DNA of 64,000 bases from a virus (taxonomy: Duplodnaviria > Caudoviricetes), in the IMG/VR virus record IMGVR_UViG_2597489997_000001, positions 128,001 through 192,000 of that record; one strand, given 5' to 3'. This document shows, piece after piece, positions 10,901-19,685 of this stretch. The notes beneath the pieces were generated by a model. The model saw only the letters and a list, made by a program, of their open reading frames with translations, had not been told where the DNA came from and made no database searches. Numbering within the stretch: position 1 is the stretch's first letter; each line of letters begins with the position of its first letter. The position numbers and the translations under genes are program-made.

Positions 10901-13058
10901 AGAGACTCAGCCTAACTCAGGTATCAGCCCTTGTGGTTTCTTGAGGAACAACAAGTTCTATCATTATGACCCTAACGGCTGGCGTCATGCTCTCTTACCA
11001 GTAATTGATGGTAAGCGTATGAGCTTCTATGGGTACGGTAACTCGTTCCCTGCCTTCTTAGGTGTCAATGGTTCCGGTGTTCCTGTTAACCGATTCTTCC
11101 TGCAAGCTCAGGCCACGATTATTCAGTGGGCTACTTCAGAAGGTCGTGTTATCTATATCGGTTCCGGTGCAAACATTAACATTGTGATCAGTGGGGAAAC
11201 CCAGAGTTACGCCGGTGGTGGGACGTACACAATACCTGCTAAGTACACAGGTGCTGTGGATATCCAGATTACTGGTCTGATTACTCTGAAGTGGATGCCT
11301 GGTTTCGGTAACCTGAAACAAATCGGTAACACTGTCACTAGACTGGACTTCTCTGAGTCAACACAGTTTACAATTACTTCTCCATTGCCTTCACGCATTA
11401 CTTCACTGCGTGGAACATTCAGAAATGCTAAAGGTGCTCAATACCCGAACATCGAGTCATGGGATACCAAGAACATTACTGACATGGCTGAGTGTTTCCA
11501 AGGGGCAACTGTCTTCAATGGTAACTTGACTAACTGGAACACGTCCGCTGTTACGACCATGGAAGGGATGTTCGATGGCGCTGCTGCGTTTAACCAGGCA
11601 ATCGGTAAATGGAACGTACAACGTGTTGAGACCATGGGTAAAATGTTCAGAGGGGCGACTGGGTTTAAAGCCGACCTTTCTACCTGGAACATTACCCGTT
11701 GTGCTGTATTCGCAGAGATGTTTAAAGGCGCATCCAACTTCAACGGGAACATCAGTACTTGGAACGTTCTGACCTGTTATGACTTTACCAGTATGTTTGA
11801 AGATACCAACCTCTTCAACGGCGATATCTCTAAATGGATTATTACCGGAGCTACACGCTTCAGTAAGATGTTCAAGAATGCGAAAGCATTTAACGGAGCT
11901 ATCAACATCTGGGATATGTCTTCAGCCATTTACATGGATGAGATGTTCAGCGGAGCTAGTGCGTTTAACAGAACTCTGGCTAACTGGAATACCAGTAAAG
12001 TCATCACGACTCGTGAGATGTTCTACAACGCCACCAACTTCGGTAAAGATGCTGCCTTCGTACTGAGTGCTTGGGATATGCGTCTGAACCTTGACTTGAC
12101 CAGAATGTTCGCTAATAGCGGATTCAACTGTAAGGTCGATGGTTGGAGCTTCGGTAAAGATGCGAGTCTGTACGAAATGTTCCTGGGAACCAAAACGTTC
12201 AACCAAGACATCTCTTCTTGGGATGTGGGTAACGTTGATGACTTCTCTGGGATGTTCAAACAGAGCACTGCATTTAAAACCATCATCTCCAATTGGGTAC
12301 TGGCTTCTGTTAGCAAAATGTCTGGTATGTTTACAGCATCGAGCTTCAGTGGAGACCTTATCGATTGGAATATCAGTTCCACTAAAGACATCATGATGGA
12401 CGGTGTGTTTGCTGATGCTCCATTCTTTAACGGAGCAGGTATCGCTACATGGAACACATCTAAAGTAACCACCATGGCAAGAATGTTTGCCAATGCTGTA
12501 ATCTTTAACCGTGACATTACGGGTTGGGATACCAGCAAGGTAACCACGTTCTTTGAAATGTTCCTCAATGCGAAGGCATTCAACCAAGCTATCGGTGTTT
12601 GGGATGTTTCTTCAGGTACTATCTTCCGCAACATGTTACGATTAGCAATTACCTTTGATCAGGATCTTGATAATTGGAACATGAGTAATGCTACAGACAT
12701 TTCTGATATATTCAGAGAAGCTGCTGCGTTTAACGGTAAAGTGGGTGCTTGGGATACATCTAATGTCATCGCGATGAACGGTACATTTGTATCCTGTCCT
12801 AAGTTCAATCAGGACATATCTGGATGGAACGTGTCTAAAGTTGAAAACTTCGTTGGTATGTTTGGTTCGACACTTGTGTTTAACCAGGATATCAGTGGGT
12901 GGAATACTTCATCTGCTACAACCATGGAAGGCATGTTCAATGCTGCAAAAGCATTCAACCAAGACCTGTCTGGTTGGAATGTTGCTAACGTAACTAACCA
13001 CACTAACTTCGATGTGGGTGCTACAGCATGGGTACTTCCAAGACCTAACTTCGTGTAA
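7917..13058 (+). CDS. Baseplate/tail-fibre paralog 3 with C-terminal DUF285/BspA-like repeat region
   Basis: N-terminal HTNKKGAVHGETKASVGLNLKDNWRMAT family motif; about 20+ repeats of FN.DIS.W(N/D)(T/V)S.VT.M..MF..A in the last ~560 aa. Confidence 0.8.
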   Translation: MYVDPNKPLPPADTKEDYLGSVLNAVIDISNKRTETQGTPEEYEEKIADQQWEADQKLDAFSKWADDTLLAHTNKKGAVHGETKASVGLNLKDNWRMATIPEHEAGQAKNLFCHPFGSKKLIEARLVIDPKRYIRSRIIPIASGGQLGNVPQWPFSWEEGEITQSLDDPLEFYGETPWQFSTDNGVFLIPALNGADILTQHVADPGRPKRAVTPFGGTNIRVYNKTLDIRRSRPSLLRGESSDEPSNSLIKGSAHLFDRHTAFYCETDYIGARAFNKGRLPFDVLTNNGVTKTNWAGILESREDMLYNINTTMFNGNLSGWGDDIYLIFEIGMWQFSQTGLDSKNGSGRPAETIASLGTKVETLTFTVPGNGKFRILKRAGKLDAIAVKFRDILNYNAADKDLLWNQFNHAHFTHVAFTWRNRLKGDFALRVPVGFSSKDGAYYTNYYMDINCLIKENMATKSATVVFNTLREVDTNIQTLNANFQVTATGRFVQYAYNVKGDIFHPLVFNGTFESQGGHVKAYTFYNRQYVGYYEHNVDGVGTWIANGDNIKPTLVKYNYSQISNLNQDGMYGDHLRHIPVKANTDGTTDYLVYSRDWRHQYRWCVVNVKTDTAPEMLTSTGHHLGPWRNKVEWIKPSQSALPSFLISNEENSTVFDTSALVFNTQNAFKGFARFGVDVSNAANPVQPMDEVDIDDPILTWIANNGGRWSKSHKQMFYFKNRLFWVSQTTDVSEVKADGTDTYYGWIADCYLDVVGDKRIIKVSGALADKGVAKPLKVNLKTSLAVKSSEVTGWDAFDSTDVYTMLMSQTGSRTSYLVMMNLAPFNNFYFEFKLDIDTALATTSFAPLSTGAVDPVFPYDPTNGFQVDYDAITGYGKIAPHRFHVNFQTPVMLKKAMWAFRKTPGHYGLFSQSIGFTVAEGGVMNSIEGTPIYPVGSVVTIGGSNVVVKSPISAAQSQFGGDEELLIKQYGSSDPSLTSPDGLTLYGVKNNYGLETQPNSGISPCGFLRNNKFYHYDPNGWRHALLPVIDGKRMSFYGYGNSFPAFLGVNGSGVPVNRFFLQAQATIIQWATSEGRVIYIGSGANINIVISGETQSYAGGGTYTIPAKYTGAVDIQITGLITLKWMPGFGNLKQIGNTVTRLDFSESTQFTITSPLPSRITSLRGTFRNAKGAQYPNIESWDTKNITDMAECFQGATVFNGNLTNWNTSAVTTMEGMFDGAAAFNQAIGKWNVQRVETMGKMFRGATGFKADLSTWNITRCAVFAEMFKGASNFNGNISTWNVLTCYDFTSMFEDTNLFNGDISKWIITGATRFSKMFKNAKAFNGAINIWDMSSAIYMDEMFSGASAFNRTLANWNTSKVITTREMFYNATNFGKDAAFVLSAWDMRLNLDLTRMFANSGFNCKVDGWSFGKDASLYEMFLGTKTFNQDISSWDVGNVDDFSGMFKQSTAFKTIISNWVLASVSKMSGMFTASSFSGDLIDWNISSTKDIMMDGVFADAPFFNGAGIATWNTSKVTTMARMFANAVIFNRDITGWDTSKVTTFFEMFLNAKAFNQAIGVWDVSSGTIFRNMLRLAITFDQDLDNWNMSNATDISDIFREAAAFNGKVGAWDTSNVIAMNGTFVSCPKFNQDISGWNVSKVENFVGMFGSTLVFNQDISGWNTSSATTMEGMFNAAKAFNQDLSGWNVANVTNHTNFDVGATAWVLPRPNFV
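11400..13030 (+). repeat. Tandem ~25-aa (~75-nt) DUF285/PARCEL-like coding repeats
   Basis: e.g. FNQDISGWNVSKVENFVGMFGSTLV / FNQDISGWNTSSATTMEGMFNAAKA / FNQDLSGWNVANV. Confidence 0.85.
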
Positions 13059-13068
13059 ACGACATATA

Positions 13069-13100
13069 CTCCCTACCCTTCCTTGCGGAGGGGTAGGGGG
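13069..13100. terminator. Hairpin between convergent genes (probable bidirectional terminator)
   Basis: CTCCCTACCCTTCC-TTGC-GGAGGGGTAGGGGG; flanked by CATA and TATG. Confidence 0.7.
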
Positions 13101-13115
13101 GTTATGCTTATGTTA

Positions 13116-14096
13116 TTATGCTGACGGGGTATCTGTTTTACTACCACCAGACTGAACACCACCATGTCGGTGACCGAGGTAACGAATGTTGTCAATGGTC
13201 CAGCCACCTTCAACGCTACCTGCTCCACCAAACTGACTGAATGCTCCTTGAATACCGACGTTACCTTGTACGGTGTAGTTACCCAGTTGGTTATAGTTCC
13301 CTTCGTGAGTAACATTGCCCTTCATATAGATTTCAGGAGAAACCAAAGAGGTCTTCTGAGTTTCCATGCTGATGGACTTATCAGCTTTCAAGCTAAGATC
13401 AGTACATTGGATATCGATCTTATCTTTACCCTTCAGTAACATATTCTTTTCACAAGAAAGGGTGATATCTTTCTTTTCAATATTAATGAAAGACTTCTCA
13501 TCATTAATGAAACTTAAAGCATGCGCCATAGAGTTCAGAGATAAGATATTATTCTCACCATCCACAATACTGAACTTCCCTTCACCTGTATTCAATTCGA
13601 ATGCATATGAAGTAGGCTCCCCATTCCCCTGTCCAGTTAAGAGCTGAATCTTCTTCTGGTGAGTGGAGAGTAAAAGCATGTAATAGTTTTCAGGTGTAAC
13701 TGGTGTGTTCTCATCTACGTTAGGTGACGCAGAGAAAGCCCAGATTATCGTCTCAAGACGCAGAGTCCCATCCATACCAAAGTAAGTCCATAAATACTTG
13801 CTCGTACCTTGGAACTTGTAGACGACTACCTTACTACCTTTACGAACATCCGGAGCTGTTACACGGTTAGTGTTTAAAGCCATCCATTTAGCAGGTACGG
13901 TGTTACTCTGTAAAGAACTACTGGATTGAGTATCACCTGTAGGTGTCAGCGTCGAGGTATTTTTAGTTTCTACCGTCGTCGTTACTTCACCATCGGATTC
14001 TGGGAACAAACCCTTGATATGGATTTGTACCTCATCAGTGTCAACGTCCTTGTCCATAGCGACAACGCCGACACCGTAGCATTCTAACACATTCAT
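13116..14096 (-). CDS. Baseplate central spike / cell-puncturing protein (P2 gpV-like)
   Basis: OB-fold-like N-terminus (W.....RVTAPDVRKGSKVVV), beta-repeat middle, C-terminal YLGHRHGGVQSGGSKT HxH apex motif. Confidence 0.85.
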   Translation of the reverse strand: MNVLECYGVGVVAMDKDVDTDEVQIHIKGLFPESDGEVTTTVETKNTSTLTPTGDTQSSSSLQSNTVPAKWMALNTNRVTAPDVRKGSKVVVYKFQGTSKYLWTYFGMDGTLRLETIIWAFSASPNVDENTPVTPENYYMLLLSTHQKKIQLLTGQGNGEPTSYAFELNTGEGKFSIVDGENNILSLNSMAHALSFINDEKSFINIEKKDITLSCEKNMLLKGKDKIDIQCTDLSLKADKSISMETQKTSLVSPEIYMKGNVTHEGNYNQLGNYTVQGNVGIQGAFSQFGGAGSVEGGWTIDNIRYLGHRHGGVQSGGSKTDTPSA

Positions 14097-14116
14097 ATTA
14101 GACCCTTGAGGTTATC

Positions 14117-16594
14117 ATGTTAGTTAAACTGATTCTAAAGAATTACATTCCCTTAGCTAAAAAGAATGTGACTTATATCGAACTGAACACCAAAGATGTG
14201 TTTAACATCATCCTTGGTCGAAATGGGTTTGGTAAAACTTCTCTGATGAGACAGCTTACTGTATATCCACCAGATAACGCAGACTATATGCAAGGTGGTT
14301 ATAAAGAAAGTCATCATGTCATTGGTAAGAATAATTACATCCTGAAATCGACAACAGGGAAGTCTTCAGAGCACCACTTTATCCATAACGGTAAGGAGCT
14401 TAATGAAGGTAACACATTATTGGTTCAACGTGAGTTAGTTAAGATTCACTTTGGTGTTACACCAGCAATCAATAATGTCATTACTGGATTAGATGTTCGT
14501 GACTTATTCACGACCTTATCTACAGCTCGCCGTAAAGACTTCCTGATGGCTGTTAACCCAAATGACACCTCTTATGCTCTTAAGGTATTTGAACGTCTTA
14601 AAAGCAATCTGAACTCGATTAAAGGTGGGTTGAAAACTCAGCGTCAGCGTTTAGTCGTAGAGGAAGGTCGTTTATCTCAGTTAGCAGCAATGGACTCTGA
14701 TAAGCTGAACGAAGAGATTCGTGTACTGGATGACCAGATTAAGAATGCACTTCTTATTCATGGTGAGTTGTCTAATATCCAGCATGAAGATATCGTAGAC
14801 CTCCGTACTGAGATTGGTAACATCCTTTCTTTCTTAATTGGTGCTAACCATTCTGTTAAACATGGTCGTCATCAGTTATTGAGAATGAAGGAACAGTGTG
14901 AAGGAACGTTCGAGTATTATAAGAGTCGTGAAATTCGTTACTCAACCACTTTGACGGAATTGACAAGTCAGTTATCTGGCCTTGACCTGGGTAATAATAA
15001 CCTGGACAGTTATCGTCAACGTTTGGCTGTTAACCAAACAGCTATCGAGCTGAATACAGCTGAACTGGAAACACTCCAAAACCGATTTGACAAACACCCA
15101 ATATTTAACGAGATCATGGGTGATGAGAAATTCTACCACATTGCTGAAGAACTGATCTCTTCACTGCATTCGGTCAACCGTGCTCGTGATGCGGATATTA
15201 CTTCGTCTCGTTATGCTGCCAAAGTAGCAGAACTGAACGAGATCAAAATAGAACGAGATAACAAAAAGAATCAGGCTACTGAGATTCGTCATACATTGGC
15301 TCATTTCAATAAAGCTGATCTGATCAACTGTCCTAAGTGTGAAACTAAGTTTAAACTAGGGTTCGAGAACATCGACCTTAATAAACTTAATCATGATCTT
15401 GAAACCATTGAGACTCGTCTTAATGAATTACAAGAACGTTATCGTCTCGTGAATGATTACGTAGATGCTAACGAAGGGTGGTATGAGTCCATGATGGGAT
15501 TATCCCGTTATGCTCGTCGTACTGAATATCCAGCATTCATTACTAAGATCATTGGTGAATACCGTGTGGGTAAAACGGACATCTCCGTGTTGATTGATCT
15601 TATTCGTTCAACGGTAGCCATAGCAGATGTCAAGAAAACGCTTGCGGTCCTTGAAGAAGAAAATAAGAATGTCGAGACACAGATCAAGTTTCTGGAAAGC
15701 TCAAACGTCGAACTGTTGTTTAAAAGGGCGGCATGGGTCGAGCGTGAACTGGCTTCAGTTCAGAATTCTTCCCGAAGAGTCCTTAAACAAATCGAAGGAA
15801 TCGACGACCAACTTGGAACCATCATTCTCGATGCCCAAAAGAGAGATCGACTTGGTTACTTGATGGAAGAGTTAGAAGGGAAAGTTATTAACAATGGTAA
15901 GAATAAAATTCGTATGCGTGTTGCGGATGTTATTACTGAATTGACTCCTCGTAAGAGTCAGCTTATTAGTAACCTTATTCGTGCTGAATCCCTGAACTCA
16001 GTAATCCAATCTATCAAAGACAACATTGCAGACCTGGAACGTCGTGAGAAACACACTGCTTTATTAATGGACGGATTATCACCGACTAAAGGCATCATCG
16101 GTTATCTGATGAATGACTTCTTGAAATCGGTAGTTGCTAACGTTAATGCGATCATTCAACCTATCTGGACTAACCGTTTATCTGTGCTGAACTGCTCAAC
16201 CAGTAAGAGCGACGAAGATGTAGACTTGAGCTATAACTTCCCGCTTATCTCTGGTGCAAGCGATAAGACCAGTAAAGATATTGCAGAAGGTTCCGGTGGT
16301 GAGCGTGAGATCATTAACTTTGCATTCCGTTTAGTGCTTCGTCGTTACTTAGGTGACCGTTGTTCTATCCCATTAATGATGGATGAAGTGGGTGTTGCTT
16401 TTGATGAGCTACACAAAGGACGTTTCTCAGCATACATCGCTGAACAGTTACGTCTGGATAAATTACCGCAAACCTTTATGATTTCTCACAACTATAAAGA
16501 GTATGCGAGTCATGCCGATGCGAACATCATTGCGTTGAACACCGATGGTATTCGTGTTGGGTTCGAAGTCAATAAGAAATCTGTAATCAAATAA
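14117..16594 (+). CDS. sbcC: SbcC/Rad50-like SMC ATPase
   Basis: Walker A GRNGFGKT, coiled coils, central CPKC zinc hook, signature GSGGE, Walker B MMDEVG..FDE, H-loop MISH. Confidence 0.88.
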   Translation: MLVKLILKNYIPLAKKNVTYIELNTKDVFNIILGRNGFGKTSLMRQLTVYPPDNADYMQGGYKESHHVIGKNNYILKSTTGKSSEHHFIHNGKELNEGNTLLVQRELVKIHFGVTPAINNVITGLDVRDLFTTLSTARRKDFLMAVNPNDTSYALKVFERLKSNLNSIKGGLKTQRQRLVVEEGRLSQLAAMDSDKLNEEIRVLDDQIKNALLIHGELSNIQHEDIVDLRTEIGNILSFLIGANHSVKHGRHQLLRMKEQCEGTFEYYKSREIRYSTTLTELTSQLSGLDLGNNNLDSYRQRLAVNQTAIELNTAELETLQNRFDKHPIFNEIMGDEKFYHIAEELISSLHSVNRARDADITSSRYAAKVAELNEIKIERDNKKNQATEIRHTLAHFNKADLINCPKCETKFKLGFENIDLNKLNHDLETIETRLNELQERYRLVNDYVDANEGWYESMMGLSRYARRTEYPAFITKIIGEYRVGKTDISVLIDLIRSTVAIADVKKTLAVLEEENKNVETQIKFLESSNVELLFKRAAWVERELASVQNSSRRVLKQIEGIDDQLGTIILDAQKRDRLGYLMEELEGKVINNGKNKIRMRVADVITELTPRKSQLISNLIRAESLNSVIQSIKDNIADLERREKHTALLMDGLSPTKGIIGYLMNDFLKSVVANVNAIIQPIWTNRLSVLNCSTSKSDEDVDLSYNFPLISGASDKTSKDIAEGSGGEREIINFAFRLVLRRYLGDRCSIPLMMDEVGVAFDELHKGRFSAYIAEQLRLDKLPQTFMISHNYKEYASHADANIIALNTDGIRVGFEVNKKSVIK

Positions 16595-16598
16595 CAAC

Positions 16599-16612
16599 GG
16601 GGCTTCGGCCCC
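16599..16612 (+). promoter_or_regulatory. Small cUUCGg hairpin before RBS
   Basis: GGGGC-TTCG-GCCCC then TAAGGA. Confidence 0.6.
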
Positions 16613-16623
16613 ATTAAGGAAGA

Positions 16624-17145
16624 GTGATGCAAAAGTTATTCCCTATCGCTAACAGAAATACCCGCCATCTGTTTATCGATCCACTGTTGAGTAAACCAAG
16701 CTTCGTTGCAGGTGAAGGTTATGTTAGTGGGGAAATGACCAGCTTTATTAAACCAGGTAAAGTTCCTAACCTGGCTGAGCTGTGCCGACCTGAAGATGTG
16801 AAGTTCACAGTAACAGAAGAACCCGATCCAACTACTATGGGTATCAGTGAGATCATGTTCGGCATGTATGACGAAAATAAGGAATGGCGCGTTGTATCCG
16901 TTACCGATCTCGATATTCCATTTGTTGCTGACGGCCCTGCTCGTTCGACAATCGATGGGTGCATGGCAGTCCAACATCCGTTCAAAGAAAAGGGTATGGT
17001 AAATATTCCAATCAGTCTTCTATATGAACGTGGGACTCGTGCGCTGACATTTAAAGAAGTTCCAAATGTCGGTTATGACTCTGGTGTTCCACAAATTCTG
17101 GGCATTAAACTGAACCTGGATTGGCGTGACGCTAAGATCGTTTAA
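16624..17145 (+). CDS. Hypothetical protein (weak paralog of 21669 and 24695 genes)
   Basis: AAGGA RBS, GTG start; N-term LFP..N..T and C-term ILGIKL motifs. Confidence 0.7.
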   Translation: MMQKLFPIANRNTRHLFIDPLLSKPSFVAGEGYVSGEMTSFIKPGKVPNLAELCRPEDVKFTVTEEPDPTTMGISEIMFGMYDENKEWRVVSVTDLDIPFVADGPARSTIDGCMAVQHPFKEKGMVNIPISLLYERGTRALTFKEVPNVGYDSGVPQILGIKLNLDWRDAKIV

Positions 17146-17153
17146 TACATATC

Positions 17154-17282
17154 GATTAAACTTCCTAGGATGATCCCTGGGAGGTTTAATCCTTGCGGTA
17201 AGGTGATTCATCGATAAAAATCAATCTTTTGTTAAAACACTCTTTATACGTCGCGAAAGCGGTGTGTAAAAAGTAGACCGCC
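17154..17282 (+). ncRNA. Candidate structured intergenic RNA / terminator cluster
   Basis: Long hairpin at 17154-17191 plus a 12-bp GAAA-tetraloop hairpin at 17243-17270 with three G-U pairs. Confidence 0.3.
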
Positions 17283-17294
17283 AGTATATTTTAA

Positions 17295-17317
17295 GCAGAT
17301 ATTATCTTTATGTCTAA
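17295..17317 (+). promoter_or_regulatory. Putative phage early promoter (AYATTATY-N4-TGTMTAA)
   Basis: GCAGATATTATC-TTTA-TGTCTAA; four copies with identical spacing in intergenic DNA. Confidence 0.65.
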
Positions 17318-17368
17318 GCGATAGAAATATTTACTGCTCCGATCAATTTACTTATAGGTACTACACAC

Positions 17369-18136
17369 ATGAACAGGTTTATCTTAACCATCTTTCTCTT
17401 AATGGCGAGTACTCTGGTTTACGGGTCCGTAGGTGCTAATCCTGACGACTATACCAGAACAGTTGTAATGAAGCGTTTCGATGCAGTCAAGCATGACTTC
17501 TATGAAGCGTCCAAAGCAACAGGAATGGATATGGGTGATCTTGTTGCCATTGCCAGTATTGAATCAACATTAAATAAGACCGCCAAGAATAAAGCTCCCG
17601 GAACGTCCAGTGGACTATTGGGTTACACCAATGGTACTTGGCAATCGGACCGCAAAGCTTATCATAAAGATCTTGGTCTCTCAGCTAATGTTAGTAAAGG
17701 TAACGTCAGAGCCAATTTACTGATTGGTGGAAAAAGCTTAGTCGAAACAGAAAGATTTCTCATAGAAAATTCGCATTTGACTGTAGAGACAGTCAGAAAA
17801 GGCGACCTTTATATGAGTCATTTCTTAGGAACTACAGGAGCACTCCGCGTCATTAACTCGAATAGTTACACGCCGATGTCTAAACTCGTTAGTATTTCTA
17901 AGGCCAATCGAGTCCACTTTGTCAAGCCAAATGGTCAGGTGCGTACAGCACGTGAGTTCCGCTTGTACATGGACATGTTGGTGAAACGTGAACGCGCTTT
18001 TTACGCAGAGGAGATCCAGAAATATCAACTGGCTAAACTTACCGAACAACTTCCTTCTTCTGTAGCGGACTCCATCAATGACGTCATGTCAATCGCTACC
18101 AATAACACATCCAAGTATGTAGGTTGGTCGCTGTAA
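17369..18136 (+). CDS. Secreted lytic transglycosylase (SLT, phiKZ gp144-like catalytic domain)
   Basis: N-terminal hydrophobic signal; ASIES catalytic Glu motif; GLLGY motif II; LYMSHFLG..GA motif III. Confidence 0.8.
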   Translation: MNRFILTIFLLMASTLVYGSVGANPDDYTRTVVMKRFDAVKHDFYEASKATGMDMGDLVAIASIESTLNKTAKNKAPGTSSGLLGYTNGTWQSDRKAYHKDLGLSANVSKGNVRANLLIGGKSLVETERFLIENSHLTVETVRKGDLYMSHFLGTTGALRVINSNSYTPMSKLVSISKANRVHFVKPNGQVRTAREFRLYMDMLVKRERAFYAEEIQKYQLAKLTEQLPSSVADSINDVMSIATNNTSKYVGWSL

Positions 18137-18203
18137 AAACTTAATATCTACGCACTGTGTGATGTTGTGAGAGGAACAATTTTTCATAAAGAGGTTAGCT
18201 CAT

Positions 18204-18467
18204 ATGAGCATTAGACAAATTAACTGCACTTTCGACAGGAATGGTATTTTATCTCCGGTTGCTAGTTCGGGTCCAAACACAACAGTCGCATTAGTCAATA
18301 TCCAGGGAGACCAGGTTACTGGTAAGACTGGAACAATCAGTTACGCTGGTAGTGTTCGAGCATTCTTGACATTTGACCATCTCGGTTTACGAGTTGAATC
18401 ATACACGTTAACGGTGCAAGACTATGCGACTCAGGTTTCTGTTGAAAATATCGTACGCGTTATTTAA
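18204..18467 (+). CDS. Hypothetical protein
   Basis: GAGG RBS, 87 aa. Confidence 0.7.
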   Translation: MSIRQINCTFDRNGILSPVASSGPNTTVALVNIQGDQVTGKTGTISYAGSVRAFLTFDHLGLRVESYTLTVQDYATQVSVENIVRVI

Positions 18468-18476
18468 TATCAAAAC

Positions 18477-18510
18477 TTAACTTGGGATGGGTAACTCCGT
18501 CCCAAGTTAA
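18477..18510 (+). terminator. Intergenic hairpin followed by TATG
   Basis: TTAACTTGGGATGG-GTAACT-CCGTCCCAAGTTAA. Confidence 0.6.
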
Positions 18511-18532
18511 CCTATGCTGTTCGTGAGGTATA

Positions 18533-18910
18533 ATGGAGAAACGTAATAAACCTGCATCTATTTTCATTGAACATCCGAAAGGATTTAGAATGGATATTTT
18601 TGTTGACTTCACTGGAGATAGTACACTAACAGAAAGAGAAACAATAGCAAGAATTGCAAGAGTCGAAACGTGCCTGAGTAAAAATGGAATGGGTGTCGTA
18701 AAGGACTCATTTAATATCATGTTCGATTCGTATTACATGCTCATGACTGCGATCAAAGAGCGATACATTGAAGATATTACATTGCCTAATTTCGATACCT
18801 TTACCAAAGAAGATATTGAAGAAGCAATAGTCTTCCTTATTAAATCAGATAAAGCTTGTTCCTTATTCGATGAGATATTCGATGACGACCAGGCAGCAAT
18901 CGTACACTAA
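18533..18910 (+). CDS. Hypothetical protein
   Basis: GAGG RBS, 125 aa. Confidence 0.7.
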   Translation: MEKRNKPASIFIEHPKGFRMDIFVDFTGDSTLTERETIARIARVETCLSKNGMGVVKDSFNIMFDSYYMLMTAIKERYIEDITLPNFDTFTKEDIEEAIVFLIKSDKACSLFDEIFDDDQAAIVH

Positions 18911-18925
18911 CCATAGAGAAATAGA

Positions 18926-19675
18926 ATGCAAACTTTTGAAACGGTATTGTTCCACGAGAAGGATTGGAAAATAACGCTGGTCACTGAAAGAACGCCAGTG
19001 GATAAAGTAACCTCCTTCTTCAAAGTTCATTTCGTTGCAGGTGATGTCCCCCGTGTGGCTAAACGCTGTTGGTCTTATGACGGCTATCTCCACACAAAGA
19101 AAGTTTTTGCTGATCACGTAACACACCCACGTCGTTACACCCCTTTCGATATGCATTGGAAGTTAGATCGTGACTACGGGGAAGATTTCAAAGAGATGAT
19201 GGTTAGTCTAATTGAGAACCCGTTCCTCATGGCTAAGATTTGCGAACACAACCGCAAGACCAAACATCAACCCCATCTATTAAAAGGACACACTTACGTT
19301 AATAAGGAAATGGACGAACATCTCTTTGACGTATTCGATGAGCCTGACGTGGGTATTAAGCTGTGGTTTAAACTGAAGTCCGAGAAAGCCAAAGCTAAGT
19401 TAGAAGGATGCATCCAGTTCGATGGTGAGAATTGTGAATTGGATATTGACCGCTTCTTTGAAAGTCAGACGCCTCTTCTGAATCCTACTGCTGTTCAGAA
19501 TGCAGTAATGGGTTCGATTGTTGATGTCATGGCTCGTGCTCATCCTGATGAGCTTGATCGTAAAGATATCGTGGCAGAGATTGTCAAGTGGTTTGAAGAA
19601 AGCCGCTTCGGTCTCAATTTCTTATTAAATAAACTGAATAAGGAATACCCTGTACGCACTGCGACAAAATGTTAA
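18926..19675 (+). CDS. Hypothetical protein
   Basis: 249-aa ORF in co-oriented operon. Confidence 0.75.
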   Translation: MQTFETVLFHEKDWKITLVTERTPVDKVTSFFKVHFVAGDVPRVAKRCWSYDGYLHTKKVFADHVTHPRRYTPFDMHWKLDRDYGEDFKEMMVSLIENPFLMAKICEHNRKTKHQPHLLKGHTYVNKEMDEHLFDVFDEPDVGIKLWFKLKSEKAKAKLEGCIQFDGENCELDIDRFFESQTPLLNPTAVQNAVMGSIVDVMARAHPDELDRKDIVAEIVKWFEESRFGLNFLLNKLNKEYPVRTATKC

Positions 19676-19685
19676 AGGAGACGTA

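Noticed and set aside
11922-12634. Long antisense ORFs over the DUF285 repeats
   Set aside because: Explained by the repetitive sense coding sequence
11400-13030. Possible CRISPR array or DGR target from the ~75-nt periodicity
   Set aside because: Repeats are degenerate at DNA level and conserved as protein; no identical repeats with spacers, no reverse transcriptase and no adenine-specific TR/VR pair seen in the window
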